The translations under genes were made by a program, and so were the position numbers. This document shows, piece after piece, positions 58,808 through 64,000 of a DNA stretch of 64,000 nucleotides (position 1 is the first letter of the stretch; each line of letters opens with the position of its first letter). Source of the stretch: an uncultured Alphaproteobacteria bacterium (GTDB taxonomy: Bacteria; Pseudomonadota; Alphaproteobacteria; Rhizobiales; Xanthobacteraceae). A model generated the notes under the pieces. That model saw nothing but the letters and a program-made list of their open reading frames with translations, was not told the origin of the DNA and did no database searches. The DNA is taken from assembly GCA_963752265.1 (NCBI GenBank), contig CAVVZW010000002.1:5262-69261 (forward strand), in the 5' to 3' direction.

Positions 58808-60498
58808 GTCGGGATTCCGGCGCTCCTCCCGGTGATCTTCGGCCCCCAGAACCTCGACGCCACGACCACGATCTTCCCGTTCTTCAATCCCAACGTCGTG
58901 TACTTCACCATCGCCGGGACCCCGATCAACGGCATTTATCTGGCCACCATCTCCGTGACGGTCGTGGTCCTCATACTGCTGACGATTCTGCTGCGCTTCA
59001 CGAGCCTGGGCCTGCAGATGCGCGGCGCCGTGGAGAGCCGCCGACTGGTCCAACTCGATGGCGTCAATGCCAATGGTGTGGTCGCCGTGGCCTGGATCAT
59101 CTCGAGCTTCATGGCGAGCCTGGCCGGTGTGCTGCTGGCGCCGGTGTTCGGAGCCTTCAACTCGGATGAGTTCGTCACCCTCACGGTAACGGCCATCGCC
59201 GCTGCGGCGTGGGCCCTGTTGCGCTCACTGCCCATCGCGGCAGGCGTGGCGGTCCTCATCGGCGTCGCCACGACGGTGTTGCAGGGTTACATACCGCCTG
59301 ACAGCTTCTGGAACGCAGCGGTGGTGCCTTCCCTGCCGTTCTTCGCCATTGCGGCCGCCCTGCTCATCCTGCCGGGGATGCGCAACCTCGATGCGAGCCG
59401 GGATCCCCTCGCCACCATCGACCCTCCTCCCGAGCCGATCGCCGCCACCACGCGTGCGCCGAGCATGGATCGCATCATCAGGACGGCGTGGTGGGTTCTG
59501 TTGGCCGCCTTCTGTCGTCTCCATGCTGACCTGGATCCCGGTCACCTGGGAGACCGTGTTCAACAACGGCCTCACCCTCTCGATCATCCTCCTCTCGGTC
59601 ACCCTGATCACAGGCATGGCGGGCCAGTTGTCGCTCTGCCAGGCCACCTTCGCCGGCATCGGCGCCTTCACGGCTGCCGTGTTCGCCGTCCACCTCGGGC
59701 TCAACTTCTTGGTGGGAGGCCTCATCGGCTGCGCCATCGCGGCCATCGTGGCGGTGGCGCTGGCGCTGCTGTCCCTGCGGTTACGCGGGCTGGGGCTGGC
59801 GCTCATGACCTTGGCGGCCGCATTGCTCTTCGACAACACGGCCTTCAACGACATCTGGGTGACCGGTGGCGCGCAGGGAACCAGCCTGCAGTCGAAGTGG
59901 CTGGGCACCAGCGCGTTCTTCAATTTCAACGGCCATGCCATGTTCATCCTTGCGATGGTCGTGCTCATCGTCGCCGTGGTCATCGTGCTGCAGGTGCGCA
60001 AGGGGACCGTCGGACGCAACCTGGCGGCCATGCGGGGGAGCGAGACGGCGACGGCGGGACTGGGCGTGAACCCGACCTGGCAACGCATCGTCGTCTTTGC
60101 GCTCTCCGGGGCGATCGCCGGCATCGGTGGCGTGCTCTACAGCATCCAGCAGCAGCACGTCTCCCCGGTGGACTGGAACACGAGCTTCTCGCTGGTCCTC
60201 GTCGTGCTGGTCGTGACCACGAGCGTGAATACCGTGGAAGGCGCCATACAGGCCGGCATCGGCCTCTTCGTGATCGAGCAGCTTCTCACCTACCTCCCGG
60301 CCGCGCTTCGGTGGCCCGAGCCTGACCATCGTGCTCTTCGCTTTCGGTGCCCTGCACGTACGCGCAGCATCCGGAGGGCGTGCTCGAGTACCAGAAGCGT
60401 CGCTCGACCATGCGCTTCGAGCGGCTGTTCTTCCCGCCGAAGCCAAAGCTGAGGACCGCAAGACGCGTGCCGTTTCGGCATCTGGTGCCAATGGCTGA
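58808..60498 (+). CDS. Fused LivH-LivM branched-chain amino acid ABC permease; 5' truncated, frameshifted
   Basis: LGLQMRGAVES, GMAGQLSLCQ, GRNLAAMRGSE; frame changes near 59513 and 60300-60350; ends approximate. Confidence 0.75.
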
Positions 60499-61267
60499 CG
60501 TCGGACCGCTCCTGCGCCTTCGGGGTGTCTGCAAGTCCTTCGGGGGGATCCAGGCCGTGCACAGCATCACGTTCGACGTCGCGCCGGGCGAGAGCGTCGG
60601 TCTGGTCGGCCCGAACGGCGCGGGCAAGACGACATTGTTCAACTGTGTCTGCGGCCAGTTGCGCCCCGAGGAGGGCGACATCGTCTTCGACGGGCAAGTC
60701 CTTGTCGGGCATGCCGACCTACAAGCGTGCCCGGATGGGCATCGGGCGCACCTACCAGAGGGTGGAGGTCTTCACCGACATGTCGGTGCGTGACCATCTG
60801 ATGGTGGCGGAGCGCTCCCGGCAGGGAGAGGGTCGCCTGTGGCGGGACCTCCTCAATTTGAGCAAGCCGAAGCCCGAGGAGCTCGAACGGGTCGACGCCA
60901 CGCTCGAGCTCGTGGGCATCTCCGATCTGGCGGACACGTCGGTCAACGCGCTCGGGTTGGGTCACTGCCGATTGGTCGAGCTGGCCCGGGCCCTGGCGAC
61001 CGAGCCCAAGATCCTGCTGGCCGACGAGCCGTCGTCGGGGCTCGACCTGCACGAGACGGCTGAGGTGGCGGCCGTGCTCCGCACGGTGCAGCGCGAGCGG
61101 GGCACGGCCGTCCTCCTGGTCGAGCACGACCTCGCCATGGTCGCCGAAGTCGTCGATCGGGCGGTGGTCATGGATCTCGGCGCCATGCTGTTTGCGGGCA
61201 CCTTCGACGAGTGCATGGCCGATCCGGCGGTGCGCGACGCCTACCTGGGTCAGATGGGCGCGCATGA
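60491..61267 (+). CDS. LivG-type ABC ATPase, frameshifted
   Basis: GPNGAGKT, RTYQ, ADEPSSG, VEHD, VRDAYLG; shift near 60692. Confidence 0.8.
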
Positions 61268-62058
61268 CGATCGACCACTGGCGCCACGGCGCCCCCGGAG
61301 CCCACGGACGTGCTGTCTGTCCACAACGTCAGTGCCGCGCTACGGCCCCTACCGGGCCCTCTTCGACGTGTCGTTCCGCGTGCCTGCCGGAGGCATCGTC
61401 GCACTGGTCGGGTCCAACGGAGCCGGCAAGTCGACGGTGGCCCGGACGGTCACCGGACTGGTCACGGCCTCGACGGGTCAGGTCATGTTCTCGGGCCAGG
61501 ACGTCACCGCGTTTCCGGCCTACAGGATCGCCCGGCTGGGCATGGCCCACGTGGTCGAGGGTCGCGGTGTGTTCTCGAGCCTGACGGTCGAGGAGAACCT
61601 GACGTTGGCCTTTCGCCAGCGGGCCGGCCGGGGCAAACTGAAGGAAAACCTCGAACGCGCCTACACGGCCTTCCCCATCCTCGGTGAACGCCGGCGCCAA
61701 TCTGGCGGCACCCTCTCGGGAGGCCAACAACGCCTGCTCTCGCTGGCCAAGGTGTTGGTGGTGCCCTCCAAGGTGCTGGTGGCCGACGAGCTCTCGCTCG
61801 GGTCTCGCTCCCGTCGTCGTCGACACGGTGTACGAGGGGCTCAAGGAGATCAATCGCAACGGCACGGCGCTGGTCGTCGTCGAACAGCAGGTCAACCGGG
61901 TGCTGGACCTGGCCACCTGGGCCGTCGTGTTGGATCACGGCAGCGTCGTCTACCAGGGCGAACCGGCGGGTGCCAGTGCCGAGGTGGAGAACCTGATGGC
62001 CCGACGCGAGGAAGCAGTGGCGTCAGGCGCAGCCGAGGCGGAAGAGCCCGACAACTAG
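61264..62058 (+). CDS. LivF-type ABC ATPase, frameshifted
   Basis: GSNGAGKS, LSGGQQ, ADELSLGLAP, VEQ; shifts near 61275-61340 and 61800. Confidence 0.8.
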
Positions 62059-62094
62059 GTCTTCGGACCGCAGGAAGCTCGAGGAGACAACAAC

Positions 62095-63278
62095 ATGAGA
62101 GAACCGGTCATCGTCGACGTCGTGCGCACGACGTTCGGCAAGCGCGGCGGCGCGCTCGCCAACTGGCACCCGGCGGACCTCCTGGGTTTCGCATTGACGA
62201 CACTGATCGAGCGGACCGGGTGTGGATCCCGCGCGCATCGACGACGTCATCGGCGGGTGCGTGAGCCAGGTGGGGGAGCAGAGCACGAACCTCGCCCGCA
62301 ACGGGTGGGTCTCTGCTGGACTGCCCCAGTCGGTGCCGGCCACGACCGTCGACCGCCAGTGCGGTTCGTCCCAGCAGGCCGTGCACTTCGCCGCCGCTGG
62401 TGTGGCAGCGGGCCACTACGACCTGGTGATCGCCTGCGGTGCCGAGGTCATGAGCCGGGTGCCACTGGCGTCCAACGCGCGGGGAGGGACGGGCCCTTCC
62501 CGCCTTCGTTCATGGAGCAGGTCGATGGACGACTGTGGACCCAGTTCCGGGTGAGCCAGGTCCTGGCCGAGCGTTACGGGATCACGCGGCAGGAAATGGA
62601 CGGATACGCCCTCGAGTCACATCGGCGGTCCGCCGAGAGCTGGGACAACGGGCATTTCGAGCGACGAAGCGATGGCGGTGCCGATCAAGGCGGAGGACGG
62701 CACGCCTCACCGGGGAGTTCCTCCGCAGCGACGAAGGCATCCGCCGTTCCTCGACGATCGAGGCGCTCGCTGCGCTGCCGCCGGCCCAGAGCTGGGAGCC
62801 GGAGACGGCGCCCGACATCACCGCGGGGAACTCGTCCCAGACGACCGATGGCGCGGCCGCCATGCTCATCGCCGATCGTTCGGTCGCCGAGGCGATGGGT
62901 CTCCCCATCCGGGCCCGCTTCGCGCACTTCGCCGTCGCGGCCGAGGATGCCGCCATCGTGCTCTCCGCACCCGTGCCGGTGACCCACAAGCTCCTCAACC
63001 GCTCGGGCATGAAGGTCGACGAGTTCGATGCCGTGGAGTGCAACGAGGCTTTCGCAGCCATCGCCCTCATGTGGCAGAAGGAGTTCTCCTACGACATGGC
63101 GCGCTTCAATCCGCGGGGTGGTGCCATCGCCATCGGTCACCCGCTGGGTGCCAGCGGCGTCCGGCTCATGGGGACGCTCTTGAACCACCTCGAGGCCACA
63201 GGTGGCCGTTACGGCTATCAGACCATGTGTGAGGGCGGCGGCCAGGCCAACGGCACGGTCATCGAGCGGCTGGACTGA
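62095..63278 (+). CDS. Acetyl-CoA C-acyltransferase (thiolase), frameshifted
   Basis: RQCGSS, TAGNSSQ, NEAFA, GHPLGASG, MCEGGG spread over several frames. Confidence 0.85.
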
Positions 63279-63644
63279 CGCCGGGCGGCTCGCTTGCCGA
63301 ACGCGGCATCCTGCGCGGCAATGAGCGGCTGGATCTTCCGGGTCACGATGATCCACTCGACGAGGAAGGTCAGGCCAGGGACGAGCCCGGCGGCGAACAT
63401 CAGGATGATCCAGGGGATGTGGAGTCGCGCCTTGAGCGCCAAGAACCCGGCGGCGATCAGATAGACGATGTAGAGGTAGCCGTGACCGACACCGAAGACG
63501 GCGAGTTCGACCTTGAATCCCCCGAACCCGATGTGCAGGCCCGTGAAGAGGAACAGCGGGATGATCAACACGCCGACGATGTTCGCCATCAATTGGTACC
63601 GGAAGAGCGCTGCCTCGCAGGCCGCGCTCGGTCAGCCGTCTCAC
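63218..63644 (-). CDS. DUF3817 membrane protein (actinobacterial type), frameshifted near the start
   Basis: ALFRYQLMANIVG, GHGYLYIVYL, AGLVPGLTFLVE. Confidence 0.7.
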
Positions 63645-64000
63645 TGGTCGCGTCGGACGACGACGGATTCCCGGGCGCGCCAGGTCTTCGGCCCTTGGGC
63701 GGCGAGGTCCGCCAGGCGCGCGTTGTAGGCCGCCAATTCGGGATCCTCAGTGATGCGTCGGACGTCAGCGGCTGGACTCGGTCACAGCCGCCGTCGGCCG
63801 GCCTCCGTCGGGACGCCTCGTCGGAGGCCGCCGCTGCCGCTTGCTGGCGCAGCATGCCCTTGAGCCCCACGCTGTCGTAGTCGGTGTGGATCAGCATCCA
63901 CCAGAAGAAGAGGCCCAAGAGCCCGAAAGCGGGCCACATGACCGAGTAGAGGTAGCTGAGCTGGTTCCCGTCCGCGGCCCGGTTGATCTGCCACCAGGCG
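63641..64000 (-). CDS. Actinobacterial-type membrane protein; partial, frameshifted
   Basis: WWQINRAADGNQLSYLYSVMWP...EDPELAAYNARLADL; GTGA overlap with the DUF3817 gene. Confidence 0.65.

Noticed and set aside
58808-64000. Programmed frameshifting or mass pseudogenisation in the right-hand segment
   Set aside because: Shifts are scattered, mostly single-base insertions without slippery-site context; sequencing error is simpler.

Overview
Positions 1 to ~58805 read as alphaproteobacterial DNA (Bradyrhizobium-like gene set). In order, they hold: (1) a divergent catabolic cluster with two sigma54 promoters and a MarR gene: nitroreductase, polar-amino-acid ABC transporter and two DUF1989/urea-carboxylase-associated genes leftward; amidohydrolase, molybdenum hydroxylase and a fluoroacetate-dehalogenase-like hydrolase rightward; (2) cbtBA and a nearly complete aerobic cobalamin cluster with a B12 riboswitch; (3) queEDC plus a CobC-like phosphatase converging on cobT; (4) an exported serine hydrolase divergent from a Tat-signal thiamine-diphosphate (ThDP) enzyme paired with a dihaem cytochrome c; (5) tRNA-Arg(CCG), signalling and metabolic genes, and regA-regB. 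At ~58805 regB is cut and joined to a heavily frameshifted, actinobacterial-looking segment (liv-type ABC transporter, thiolase, DUF3817), most likely a chimeric join. Several apparent fusions or pseudogenes (Mo large+FAD subunits, cobG+cobH, cobT, queC) are each repaired by removing one base and are probably sequencing errors. Best candidates for undescribed biology: the exported ThDP enzyme/cytochrome c pair, the sigma54/MarR nitrogen-scavenging cluster, and an 11-bp-phased repeat array upstream of an XRE-2TM regulator. All calls are by eye; no searches were run.
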